Assembly: GCA_934281515.1 (NCBI GenBank)
Contig: CAKQXG010000001.1
Coordinates: 1-61,900, forward strand
DNA: 61,900 bases
Origin: an uncultured Clostridia bacterium
GTDB lineage: Bacteria; Bacillota; Clostridia; Christensenellales; CAG-314
Direction of reading: 5' to 3'
The first letter of the stretch is position 1. Every line of letters starts with the position of its first letter. Shown in pieces: positions 7,684 through 16,294 of this stretch. Under the pieces are notes generated by a model. It was not told the DNA's origin. It worked only from the letters and a program-made list of their open reading frames with translations, and searched no databases. A program made the translations under genes and the position numbers.

Positions 7684-7995
7684 CTAGAATATTAAATAGC
7701 CTAGTATCTTCAACTCATTTATTGAGTTCGGTAACATGTATTGCAAGCCACCGCCAACGCCATTCCATGGTACCCATGGAGCCACTATTGATTTAACAAC
7801 ATTGGGAATCGGCTTTATAACTATTATTTCAGTATATACGCCGCTATTCCACGGAGGCAAAGATAGTTCCACCATACTTGCCCCGGCATTTGTAATATAA
7901 TTACTATTTACGCCTATTTCACCATATCATCCATATGTCCCCGATTGCAAAGTTATAGTTTCTTCTGTTCCAACTACAGCACCATTATTGAGAGG
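7684..7995 (-). pseudogene. TNT-like (NAD+ glycohydrolase, DUF4237-type) toxin C-terminal domain, interrupted by an in-frame TGA
   Basis: Own translation: PLNNGAVVGTEETITLQSGTYG*YGEIGVNSNYITNAGASMVELSLPPWNSGVY...IVAPWVPWNGVGGGLQYMLPNSINELKILGYLIF*. The APW..GGGxQY.LP....L...GYL tail matches my recollection of the TNT-domain C-terminus. The TGA is at 7927-7929. Confidence 0.5.
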
Positions 7996-8002
7996 GTACA
8001 AA

Positions 8003-8130
8003 TTCAAAGTTGTACGTTATCTGCGAAACAAGAAGCTTCTGTATACAGATTTCGTTCCAACAGCAAGACTTATTTCAGTCTTACTTTGCCAGCTTTACTG
8101 TCCTCGCTTTCGGGATCTTTTCTTGGCAAA
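8003..8130 (-). repeat. Copy 1 (degraded) of the toxin-cassette junction repeat
   Basis: It has the same 5' block. The Hint part has decayed (ITYNFEFVPSQ*). Confidence 0.8.
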
Positions 8131-8175
8131 GTACTCAAAATTCAATTAGTCTATTAAGTTATTATAGTAATATTT

Positions 8176-8430
8176 TTATTCAACGATATGTTCTTTCTTC
8201 TGTTTATCATACATTACACATAATACTTTGCTTATGACATCATCTGCTTTTTTACCAGTCGAATCAATATCCCCCGTTTTTCTATCATAACCGATTAAAC
8301 TTCCAAGTAAAATAGTTAACTTCCACAATTCATCAACCGACATCAGTAGAACATCTTGCTCGGTCAACACTTTACTTGTGTAAACCTGATTTATCAACTG
8401 TAAGTCCATTTGGCTAAATTTTGCTTTCAT
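8176..8430 (-). CDS. putative immunity protein (84 aa from the Met preceded by GGAGG)
   Basis: ORF track lists 8176-8463. SD GGAGGAAAAG lies directly before the ATG at 8428-8430. That ATG overlaps the stop of the upstream toxin fragment (ATGA). Confidence 0.5.
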   Translation of the reverse strand: MKAKFSQMDLQLINQVYTSKVLTEQDVLLMSVDELWKLTILLGSLIGYDRKTGDIDSTGKKADDVISKVLCVMYDKQKKEHIVE

Positions 8431-8648
8431 CTTTTCCTCCAATACATTGAGCCTTTGGACCAAGTTGTGACAATCTGTCCTTGGGAACTTAAAACGACAA
8501 CTGATTTTTTTTCGGTAAACTTAAAAGTATCATATATAACACTTTCCGAATTCTTAAATGCATCGAGTATTCCTTGGGGTGAGCCCCCAGTATAAGGTTG
8601 CCATAGGCAACAATATTCTTCATGGATTTCTTTCTTTTTAATTTTATT
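8427..8648 (-). pseudogene. orphan toxin C-terminal fragment, possibly a DUF4258-like RNase-type domain, with no start codon
   Basis: The frame is not in the ORF track. Own translation: NKIKKKEIHEEYCCLWQPYTGGSPQGILDAFKNSESVIYDTFKFTEKKSVVVLSSQGQIVTTWSKGSMYWRKR*. The family call is a weak pattern match. Confidence 0.35.
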
Positions 8649-9048
8649 TCAAAAGTATTATTACATAAGACATGCGTTTTGTCAATAGCAAAATTTGTAA
8701 AACAAAAATGAAACACTGAAGTACGCCGTGTTTTACTATCAATTTATCAATCTACAATGAGCAAATATTTGATCAACGGAAAAAATTCGACTTTTTTCGA
8801 CAATGGGCAATTTTTTGCAATTACGAATAGTACTTGTTTGGTGCATTTTGCACCAGTTTTAATTGCATAAATATTTCAAAATATCGTTTTTTGACATTAT
8901 TTGTTAATATTTGTTGATCTTTTTTCAAATATGTATTGCATTTTTTAATGCATTGTGATACAATAGGTGTCAATTACCGCCCGGCTGAAAAAAAGCTGAA
9001 ACTTTAGCCAAAATATTAAGACGGCAAAATATCAAAGAAGGTGGAAAA

Positions 9049-9537
9049 ATGGATACTATTCAAACTACCACCGATCACGTATCGGTAGACTGCGCCACTG
9101 TCAGACGTAGAGTAAAAGGGCTGTTGTTGAAACTTAACTTCCGTAGCAAGCTTGTAGGTACACTTTACCTGGAAGAAGCTTTGCTTATCAAACTGCTTTG
9201 TCCCAAACAATACGTCAAAGTGATGGAACTGTATGCGGCTATTGCCAAGTACCACGGGACAAAACCAAGCAACGTAGAGCGCGCAATTCGCAACACTATT
9301 GCCGACTGCCACAACAACAAATCATTGCAGAAAATCAACGAAGAACTAGGTTGCAACATCTACGACCCGCATTATCCACCGACGAACAGCGACTTTATTA
9401 CAGAAGTCGCAATAAGAATACAATACTTAAACCAAGAAACTGCAGCACACGAAGCCGACTTCGCAGCACATGCCCAACAATTTGCACAATCATCTCACGG
9501 CACACACATCCGCGAAGCCATACATAGTCAATGGTAA
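9049..9537 (+). CDS. stand-alone Spo0A C-terminal (DNA-binding) domain protein
   Basis: KPSNVERAIRNTIADCH and PTNSDFITEVAIRI match the Spo0A_C signature (ERAIRHAI...PTNSEFI). There is no receiver domain. SD is AAGGTGG. Confidence 0.7.
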   Translation: MDTIQTTTDHVSVDCATVRRRVKGLLLKLNFRSKLVGTLYLEEALLIKLLCPKQYVKVMELYAAIAKYHGTKPSNVERAIRNTIADCHNNKSLQKINEELGCNIYDPHYPPTNSDFITEVAIRIQYLNQETAAHEADFAAHAQQFAQSSHGTHIREAIHSQW

Positions 9538-9626
9538 ACAAAACAACTACCCAATCAAACAAAACGGGACTTGACAGATTTGTCAAGTTCTGTTTGCATT
9601 TGCACCCGTATACAAGGGTGCGACGT

Positions 9627-9647
9627 TGGCGGAAGCGAAAGGATTTG
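9627..9647 (-). repeat. duplicate of the 3' end of tRNA-Ser (att-like direct repeat)
   Basis: tggcggaagcgaaaggatttg matches 10621-10641 tggcggaagcgaagggattcg at 19 of 21 positions, including a 13-nt exact run. The remaining sequence does not fold as a tRNA. Confidence 0.7.
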
Positions 9648-9917
9648 TCCGTCCGTGCCTTTCGACGGTATGCGGAGAGCATCGGAGCGCTACGTCATTT
9701 CGGTGTCGGCACGCTGTAGCAAAAGGCGGTGTCGGCGCCAAAGGAGCATAAGAAAAAGGCTTGATTGCTTTCGTCAAACCTTTTCTTGTGCGCCCCGAGC
9801 CAAGCCGTCATTGGCAAGTAACTGTAGTTTTGATAGAAATCGTTTAAGGAGGCAATTCTCGATTTGAGGGGTGTATTTTTTTTATAACTCCACTGCCACT
9901 CCGCGTTAGACTGAAAG

Positions 9918-10535
9918 TTATCGATCTAACATCAGAATACCTGCGCAATCGGATATTCGCGTAAAAGAAAGACCCGGCAAATCTTTTCTCAGTTCTTCAG
10001 CAACAAAATAGATTTCATCGTCATCCCATGCGTCCCCCGCAAGCAGTCTGCACTGTTCCAAATCCTTTCGTGTTTCAAAGGCAACATCGCCGATTATAAT
10101 TTTCCCGTTTTCTTTTAGATGGTCGCGCAATTCAGTAAGAAATACGCTCTTTTGTGCATCTGTCAAGTGATGCAGGGAGTATGTTGCCACAATATAATCA
10201 TAGCGTCGGTTTCGCAGCGGATTGACCAACCCCTTTGAAAAATCCCCCTGATATAAATGCGCATCCGGCATTTTTTCAGATGCCAGCGCAATCATTCTTG
10301 CCGAGAAGTCCTGCCCATAAATGGAGCAGCCATGTTCGTACAGTTTTGTTGTTAATGTGCCTGTTCCAAATCCTATATCCAATACAACGGCATTTGCGGT
10401 TTCCATAATCGTCCGAAAAATAAGCCCAAGCACTTTCTTATAGCCGGCAAATGGATATGTGTTTTCCTCATCAGAAATGCCGACGGCTTTGTCATATTCA
10501 TCCGCCCAAAGGTCAAACTCCTTGTTGTTTAGCAT
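9918..10535 (-). CDS. class I SAM-dependent methyltransferase
   Basis: Motif I is VLDIGFGTGTLT. The start is set at the Met preceded by GGAGG; the ORF-track start is 15 nt upstream. Confidence 0.8.
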   Translation of the reverse strand: MLNNKEFDLWADEYDKAVGISDEENTYPFAGYKKVLGLIFRTIMETANAVVLDIGFGTGTLTTKLYEHGCSIYGQDFSARMIALASEKMPDAHLYQGDFSKGLVNPLRNRRYDYIVATYSLHHLTDAQKSVFLTELRDHLKENGKIIIGDVAFETRKDLEQCRLLAGDAWDDDEIYFVAEELRKDLPGLSFTRISDCAGILMLDR

Positions 10536-10580
10536 ACTTGCCTCCATCAAATCACGATTTATCTAACCCATTATAGCATA

Positions 10581-10616
10581 AAAATTCACCGTAATTCTAT
10601 CAAAATTACGGTGAAC
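10581..10616 (-). terminator. rho-independent terminator downstream of tRNA-Ser
   Basis: Minus strand: TTCACCGTAATT-loop-ATTACGGTGAA followed by TTTTTAT. Confidence 0.7.
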
Positions 10617-10620
10617 TTCT

Positions 10621-10712
10621 TGGCGGAAGCGAAGGGATTCGAACCCTTGTACCGCTTGAGGCGGTAACCGCATTTCGAGTGCGGGCCGTTATGACCACTT
10701 CGATACGCTTCC
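10621..10712 (-). tRNA. tRNA-Ser (anticodon CGA), class II with a long variable arm and encoded CCA
   Basis: Hand-folded. Acceptor GGAAGCG/CGCTTCC. Anticodon stem CCGCA/TGCGG with loop CU-CGA-AA. Variable arm ACCGC/GCGGT. T arm AAGGG-TTCGAAT-CCCTT. Discriminator G then CCA. Confidence 0.9.
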
Positions 10713-10926
10713 ATAATTATTTGTACAAACAGTGCCGTTTTCTCAAACATTGCGTAGCGGCACTCCGCTAGCCCCAATCGGCAACACGACTCTTTTGTCC
10801 TACCTTCCGATATCCGCACATTTCGAGGGCATATCGAAAAGATTGGTTGCGACGTCACCGTCACCGCTAGCACTATTTACTTATTTATGTTACACCACTT
10901 TACGGCAAAAGTCAACCGTTTTACAG

Positions 10927-10956
10927 CAAAAACGCGCCCGCAAAAGCGAGCGCGCC
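10927..10956 (-). terminator. rho-independent terminator
   Basis: Minus strand: GCGCGCTCGC-TTTT-GCGGGCGCGT followed by TTTTGC. Confidence 0.65.
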
Positions 10957-11316
10957 GTTTCCCACGGATAGTCGATAACTGACACTTTTTCATAGTTTAG
11001 TTTAAGAAGTAAGTCATCAAAAGCCGTGTGGGAACTATCTAACGAGGATAGCGGTCAACTGCAATATCTCTTTAGAAGTAAGTCGAATCCAAGCCTCGTC
11101 AAATCATATTAAGTTGCGCTTTCGGTGCTTAAATGTACCATTTTGGTATGCATACACCACTTTACTGCGCATTCAACAAAAACCGTTGTTTACTGTTTTT
11201 TGGGGGTACAGTCCTCGGCAAGCCGCTTCGAACGTTGCAAAACTCGTCCGACAAGGCGACAAACAACCGCCGCATAAACCAAACCGTCACGCCGCAAATT
11301 CGGCGTCGCATTGCAG

Positions 11317-13449
11317 TTACATCCAATTGACGGCAAAGTTCTCCGCATCGGTCGGGTCGACATTACCGCCGACGTCGACAACGTAGTCGGCATCTGCACG
11401 ATTGTCGGTAAGTTCCAGATGGGACAAATGCATCTCCATCCAGTCGGCAACGCTTATGCGCCGCTGCAACACTTTGCGCAAAGCAACAATCATGCCGTAG
11501 TCATTCGAGGCAATCAATTCGTTGCCCACCGAAACGATGTTCGTGTCCATCCAAACAAGTTTGCGAGTTTCGAGGTCAAGCACAAACGCCACGTTTTTGT
11601 TAGAGCGTTGCGCAAGGTCAAACTTGAATTTGACAAACTGAGGATTGAACACTTTGCCCTCCTTGGCACGGTCGGGCATAAACATCACTCCGCTGAAACA
11701 CTCGGGAATGTCGGCAAAATGTTGCCCCGTATAGCAGTAATTGCACACAAGAGCGTATCTGCCGAACTTTCTTGCCTTGGCAATATTGAGGTCGACAAAC
11801 TCCGACGCTCCGTTCGGCGCAGTTGTAAGGTCGCCCGAATGGTAACTGTCAAACATCTGTCCGCCACTCATGTTGTGCCAACTGAGGCTGATTGCACTTT
11901 GCAAGTCGTCGGATACCAATTCCACCGACAAATCGATGTCCACGCGCTCGTCGGCTTTGTTGCGCCAATGGGTAAACAAACGCACGAAATCGGTTGACTC
12001 GCTGCCGTCATCCACGGACAACATAGTGCCGTAGTTTAGTGTGTGTATTTGCCCGCTCGAAGTGCGTGCCGACGTCGGTACGGTGTAGTTTGCCATATCA
12101 TCGGCAATAAACACCTTGCCGTGTTGAGGATACTCCGCAAAGCGACGTTTAAGCTCCTCTTTGACAAGTTCCACCACTTTGTCGCAAATAAATTGGGGCA
12201 TTTCGGGGCGGTTTTCGTCCACTTCCACCGCAATAGTACGGCCGTGGTAAAAAACAAAATCTCTGTACGGCGTAAGGTCGGTGCGGTTGAGGTAGTAGTT
12301 CCACAGCGCATACAATGCATTTATGGACACTCCGTCGATAATATTCAAAAAACCACGCAACACAGCTACCTTGTTTGTAAAGGTGCGCAGCATAAAGTCC
12401 AACCTACGCACATACTCCGTCGGACGGGTACGCAACAACTGCAAATAGCTTGGTTCGTCCACAAGCAGCATTTCCAGGCGCGACTCGAACGACTGCGGCA
12501 AAGTGCCTTGGCGCAACATGCAAATAAACTCGAATGCCGTCGGATACTGCTTGCGAAAATCGTACGGGTGCAGCAATTCCGCTGCGACCTTCCACGAAAA
12601 CTCGTGTCTGCGGAAGTCCTCGCCTGCATTGTCGTTGTGACACAGTTCGTCAAGTTTGCGCAACAACGCACGTCTTGAAGAACGAGGCAAGCTGGCAAAA
12701 TACACGGGCTGCACAAGATCGGTTGCGCCGCTCGTCACCGCCGAGTACACACGCAGCACGTCCGTTACCGTCTTGCAAAAACACAGGTGTTCGTAGGTAA
12801 TCTTGGGCGGCTCGTTGTTGTACCAGTCGAAAAACGACAACACATACAGCGCCATATTTTGTTTGAAGGGTATTTCCTGCGGATGAATGCGTTCGTCGTA
12901 GTGTTGCCACAACTGTCGATACAAATCCAATTTACCGTCGGGAATAGGCAAATTTTGCGCCAGCGCATCGCTTGCCATCGCCACCAGAATGTCATCGGCT
13001 TGTTGTTCAGTCACAATAGACAACACGGTCTTGTTGCGATTGTCAACCTGCTTGGCCGCACGCTCGGGAATGTCGGGATTGTCAAAGCCGTAGTCGTCTT
13101 TGTCGACAGTCAGATAATGCAACACGGCACGCAAAAAATACTCGTCGGGCGTGATGCCTGCCATATCGGGGAAGTTGGGATAAAAGAGTCTGTGCTCCAC
13201 GTCGGCACCCTTGGCTTTGCACAAAACAATGTAGTTTTCGTTGTAAAAGGCAGTCAACGCAACCGCATCCAACTTGGCAAGCAGCCTGACCGATTCTCCG
13301 TCCAAGGTGTACCCCAGCGAACCAAAACTGTTTAACACTGCGGCTATTTGTTCGGCTGAAACAAGCTCGTCGGTCGCACCGCCGCTTATGTTTTGTTCCA
13401 ATACAAGCTTATCTTTTGACAGCAGTGCCAACTTAAAAATTCTTTGCAT
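11317..13449 (-). CDS. large hypothetical protein (710 aa) with a TerD-like C-terminal domain (tentative)
   Basis: ORF track. The start is moved to the Met preceded by AAGGAGG (13449). The C-terminus (ERVDIDLSVELVSDDLQ...SWHNM...YHSGDLTTAPNGASEFVDLNI) resembles the TerD fold signature (DLDLS...F.N...HSGDN.TG...E.I.VDL). The N-terminal 450 aa or so are unrecognised. Confidence 0.45.
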   Translation of the reverse strand: MQRIFKLALLSKDKLVLEQNISGGATDELVSAEQIAAVLNSFGSLGYTLDGESVRLLAKLDAVALTAFYNENYIVLCKAKGADVEHRLFYPNFPDMAGITPDEYFLRAVLHYLTVDKDDYGFDNPDIPERAAKQVDNRNKTVLSIVTEQQADDILVAMASDALAQNLPIPDGKLDLYRQLWQHYDERIHPQEIPFKQNMALYVLSFFDWYNNEPPKITYEHLCFCKTVTDVLRVYSAVTSGATDLVQPVYFASLPRSSRRALLRKLDELCHNDNAGEDFRRHEFSWKVAAELLHPYDFRKQYPTAFEFICMLRQGTLPQSFESRLEMLLVDEPSYLQLLRTRPTEYVRRLDFMLRTFTNKVAVLRGFLNIIDGVSINALYALWNYYLNRTDLTPYRDFVFYHGRTIAVEVDENRPEMPQFICDKVVELVKEELKRRFAEYPQHGKVFIADDMANYTVPTSARTSSGQIHTLNYGTMLSVDDGSESTDFVRLFTHWRNKADERVDIDLSVELVSDDLQSAISLSWHNMSGGQMFDSYHSGDLTTAPNGASEFVDLNIAKARKFGRYALVCNYCYTGQHFADIPECFSGVMFMPDRAKEGKVFNPQFVKFKFDLAQRSNKNVAFVLDLETRKLVWMDTNIVSVGNELIASNDYGMIVALRKVLQRRISVADWMEMHLSHLELTDNRADADYVVDVGGNVDPTDAENFAVNWM

Positions 13450-13709
13450 TGCGTACACCTCCTTTTCAATATGTTTGTATTGTACCATATATGCAATCAT
13501 TCGTCAAGTGATTTTACAAATTTTGTAAACAACATTTTGTCAAGACCTGTCGAATGGTGACGACAACAAAAAAAAACAGGCGACAGACGAGAAATATACC
13601 GTCAAAAAGCTGCTGACTTTTTGTGCATATCTACGTCGATATCGACTGTATTTATATTATAATGTTACCTGCAGAGAGAAATCGTGACACGCAGTGCAGC
13701 AAGAGCAAT

Positions 13710-16040
13710 TTACAACTTTATCGTTGCGCTGCCATATGGACTTGTTGCCGTAAGTGTTGCTACGTCGTCGACAAGGCGTACAATTGCCATTGCCCGACCG
13801 AAGTACACGTCGGTTTCGTCTGACAAATAGCCATCCTTGTTGAATGGGCATGCGTGTCCCAGTGCAAGCAGCTCTCCGCCCTGCACGGAAACGCGAATTT
13901 TACCACGTCTGAGCGGCGTGACATTGCCGTTGTCGTCCACGTAGTCAAGGTGGACAAAAGCGAGTCCGGCGTTGTCGGCACGTTGTTCCGTCCATGCGTG
14001 CAATTTGCATCCGTTACCGCTTTGCAGCACACTTTCGCTTATTGAATTGCCGTTAGCGTCGTATTGCACAACTTTAAGCGTACCTTGCACGTACTTCGTT
14101 TTAAATCTTGTAATTCCGTCTTTTGAAGTGCGTTTGCGCCCGACAAGTTTGTCATTCAGCCACAATTCCACCTGTGCGGCGGTGCTGTACACTTCCACTT
14201 TTGCAGGCATACCTTCACATCCTTGCCAGTTCCATGAAGCAACAGCATTTGAGCATTTCCACGCCGACGGCGAATGTTTTGCGTTGGTTTTGTGAACCGG
14301 CACAACAGCCATACGAGGCGCGCCGTCGACAAACACCGTCCGCGTAAGCAAGGCTTCGCCCGTGTCGTTTCCTAACAAATCGAGTCGTCCGCTACCTGCA
14401 GAAACCCAACCGACCTCGTGCATAAAGGTCTCGGCATAGTCGTCGTGTTCCCACGAACCGATGCCGACTTCACCCAGATAGTCCATACCTGCCCAGACAA
14501 AATCGCCTACCAACCGCACGTTAGCTTCGGCAAGTTGCTTGTAGCGCACAATGTCACTACAAAACGTCTCGGTGCCGAGAATCATTCTGTTTGGATATTT
14601 CTTTAAATCGTGTTTGTAACGAAGTATGCCGTAGTTGTACCCGGCAATGTCGCTTGCGGCAAATACCTTACGCGTTTTTACATCGCAACCGTGCAAGCGA
14701 GCAACGTTTTTCATAACGCTGCTACCGACAAGTCCTGCAATGTGGTTGAAAAAATCGCTGCCTACTTTGCGCGAGGCGTTTTCAGCCTTTTTGTCGGAGT
14801 ACACGCCCATGCCCAACGAGAACATAAGGTTAAAAGTAATGTTGATACCTACCGTTACGGGGCGAGTGCCGTCCTCTCTATCGACAACAGCCTTCATATC
14901 GGAGAAGAACCGCACGCCATCATCGTTACTCGACTCCCCCACTTCGTTGCCGAGCGAATACATAACCACACACGGGTGATTGTAATCTTTTGCCACCAAT
15001 GCGGAGATGTCGCTGTCGAAGTTGGCGCGAGCTTTGTCGGCGTAGTCGTACTTGTTTTTGTGAACGAACCACATGTCGACATACTCGTCCAACACCAACA
15101 TGCCTAGTTTGTCACAAGCATCGAGCAAACTTTTGGCAGCAGGATTGTGCGCGGAACGAATGGCATTGTAACCGCAGTTTTTAAGCAAGCGCACCTTACG
15201 TTCTTCCGCTTCGGGCAGGCTGACAGCACCCAACATTCCGTTGTCGGCATGTATGCACGCGCCGTTGAGAATTGTGCGAGTCCCATTGATAAGAAACCCC
15301 TTGTCAATGGACAACTCCACCTGACGTATACCGAAGTTTACGCTTTGTTCGTCATTGAAACAGCGCACGTTTGCTACGTACAGATTGGGGCTTTCAACCG
15401 ACCACAATTTGCACTGTGGCAAGGTAAACTTTGATTCAAACATCCCGTTGTCGGCTTGCACGTTTTCCGTTGCCAATACATTGTCACCGTCTTTAATCTG
15501 CACACTTACTGCGCCACTATGCGACACTTTTCCTTGTACAACTATTGTTTTTGTCACATAATCGATTGTAGTAACATGCACACTGTCAAGCAGTATGTGC
15601 TTGTCGTCAGCAAGATACAACCACACGGGACGAATAATACCGGTACCGCTGTACCAACGGCAGTTGGGTTGGTCGCTGTCGGTAACCGCCACCGTCAGCA
15701 CGTTGTCTCCGTCCGTGACATAGGGCGCAATGTCAACATAGAAATTGCCCCAGCCGTAGTCGTGACGAGCAATCTCCTGTCCGTTGAGCGTTACTACGGC
15801 GTCCTTGTATACGGCCTCAAACTCCAACACGGCAAAAGGTTTGTCCTCCAACGTCGACTTGTCGAAATGCTTTTCGTACACATAGTCGTAGCAGACAATC
15901 CAACCGTTGTTTACGCCTGCCGCGGCATCGGCACTCTTTGGCTCGTAACGCATTGCGTCGTGAGGAATACTCACCGCCACGGCGTTGTTTTCGTCGGTTC
16001 TACGCACCGTCCAATTGTTTGTAAATAGTACCTTTTTCAT
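13710..16040 (-). CDS. glycoside hydrolase family 2 (beta-galactosidase/beta-glucuronidase family)
   Basis: It has the GH2 layout and motifs (NAIRSAHNPAAKSLLDACDKLGMLVLDE; SLGNEVGES). SD is GGAGAA. Confidence 0.75.
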   Translation of the reverse strand: MKKVLFTNNWTVRRTDENNAVAVSIPHDAMRYEPKSADAAAGVNNGWIVCYDYVYEKHFDKSTLEDKPFAVLEFEAVYKDAVVTLNGQEIARHDYGWGNFYVDIAPYVTDGDNVLTVAVTDSDQPNCRWYSGTGIIRPVWLYLADDKHILLDSVHVTTIDYVTKTIVVQGKVSHSGAVSVQIKDGDNVLATENVQADNGMFESKFTLPQCKLWSVESPNLYVANVRCFNDEQSVNFGIRQVELSIDKGFLINGTRTILNGACIHADNGMLGAVSLPEAEERKVRLLKNCGYNAIRSAHNPAAKSLLDACDKLGMLVLDEYVDMWFVHKNKYDYADKARANFDSDISALVAKDYNHPCVVMYSLGNEVGESSNDDGVRFFSDMKAVVDREDGTRPVTVGINITFNLMFSLGMGVYSDKKAENASRKVGSDFFNHIAGLVGSSVMKNVARLHGCDVKTRKVFAASDIAGYNYGILRYKHDLKKYPNRMILGTETFCSDIVRYKQLAEANVRLVGDFVWAGMDYLGEVGIGSWEHDDYAETFMHEVGWVSAGSGRLDLLGNDTGEALLTRTVFVDGAPRMAVVPVHKTNAKHSPSAWKCSNAVASWNWQGCEGMPAKVEVYSTAAQVELWLNDKLVGRKRTSKDGITRFKTKYVQGTLKVVQYDANGNSISESVLQSGNGCKLHAWTEQRADNAGLAFVHLDYVDDNGNVTPLRRGKIRVSVQGGELLALGHACPFNKDGYLSDETDVYFGRAMAIVRLVDDVATLTATSPYGSATIKL

Positions 16041-16162
16041 ATAATTCTCCGCAACACGGCAAATAATGCCGCAGTTGCAACAACTTTTTGAGCAAACATA
16101 TCCCCACCGAAATGCGATGCAATCGCCTTACGGCAAATCGGCAATGATATGTCATTGGTCTT

Positions 16163-16203
16163 AAAACCGACGCAAGACTCCACCGCAAAAGCGGAGAGTC
16201 TTG
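16163..16203 (-). terminator. rho-independent terminator after the GH3 / membrane-protein pair
   Basis: Minus strand: CAAGACTCTCCGC-TTTT-GCGGTGGAGTCTTG followed by CGTCGGTTTTAA. Confidence 0.6.
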
Positions 16204-16294
16204 TGCCGTCTTTGAATGGCAATACAATACCATGACTACATGATTGTCAGTTTAAGTACCGTATTGTTGTCGGAATTGCTCCGACCACTATGCT

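Noticed and set aside
9627-9725. Possible second tRNA-Ser or tRNA-Sec gene, because the segment starts like the tRNA 3' end.
   Set aside because: Only the terminal 21 nt match. The reverse complement has no matching 5' acceptor strand, no T stem and no proper anticodon loop. It is treated as an att-like partial duplication.
9540-9900. GC-rich convergent intergenic region with several hairpins (for example GCACCC-gtataca-GGGTGC and a repeated ggtgtcggc). It was considered as SRP/6S/riboswitch RNA.
   Set aside because: No conserved core of SRP RNA, 6S or common riboswitch classes could be recognised by eye. Part of it is explained by the tRNA 3'-end duplication. It is left unannotated.
10998-11095. 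Two imperfect 25-nt direct repeats (TTTAAGAAGTAAGTCATCAAAAGCC / TTTAGAAGTAAGTCGAATCCAAGCC) about 45 nt apart, superficially like a mini-CRISPR.
   Set aside because: There are only two copies at about 75% identity. There are no cas genes and no further repeats. It cannot be called an array; it may be a protein-binding site pair or chance.
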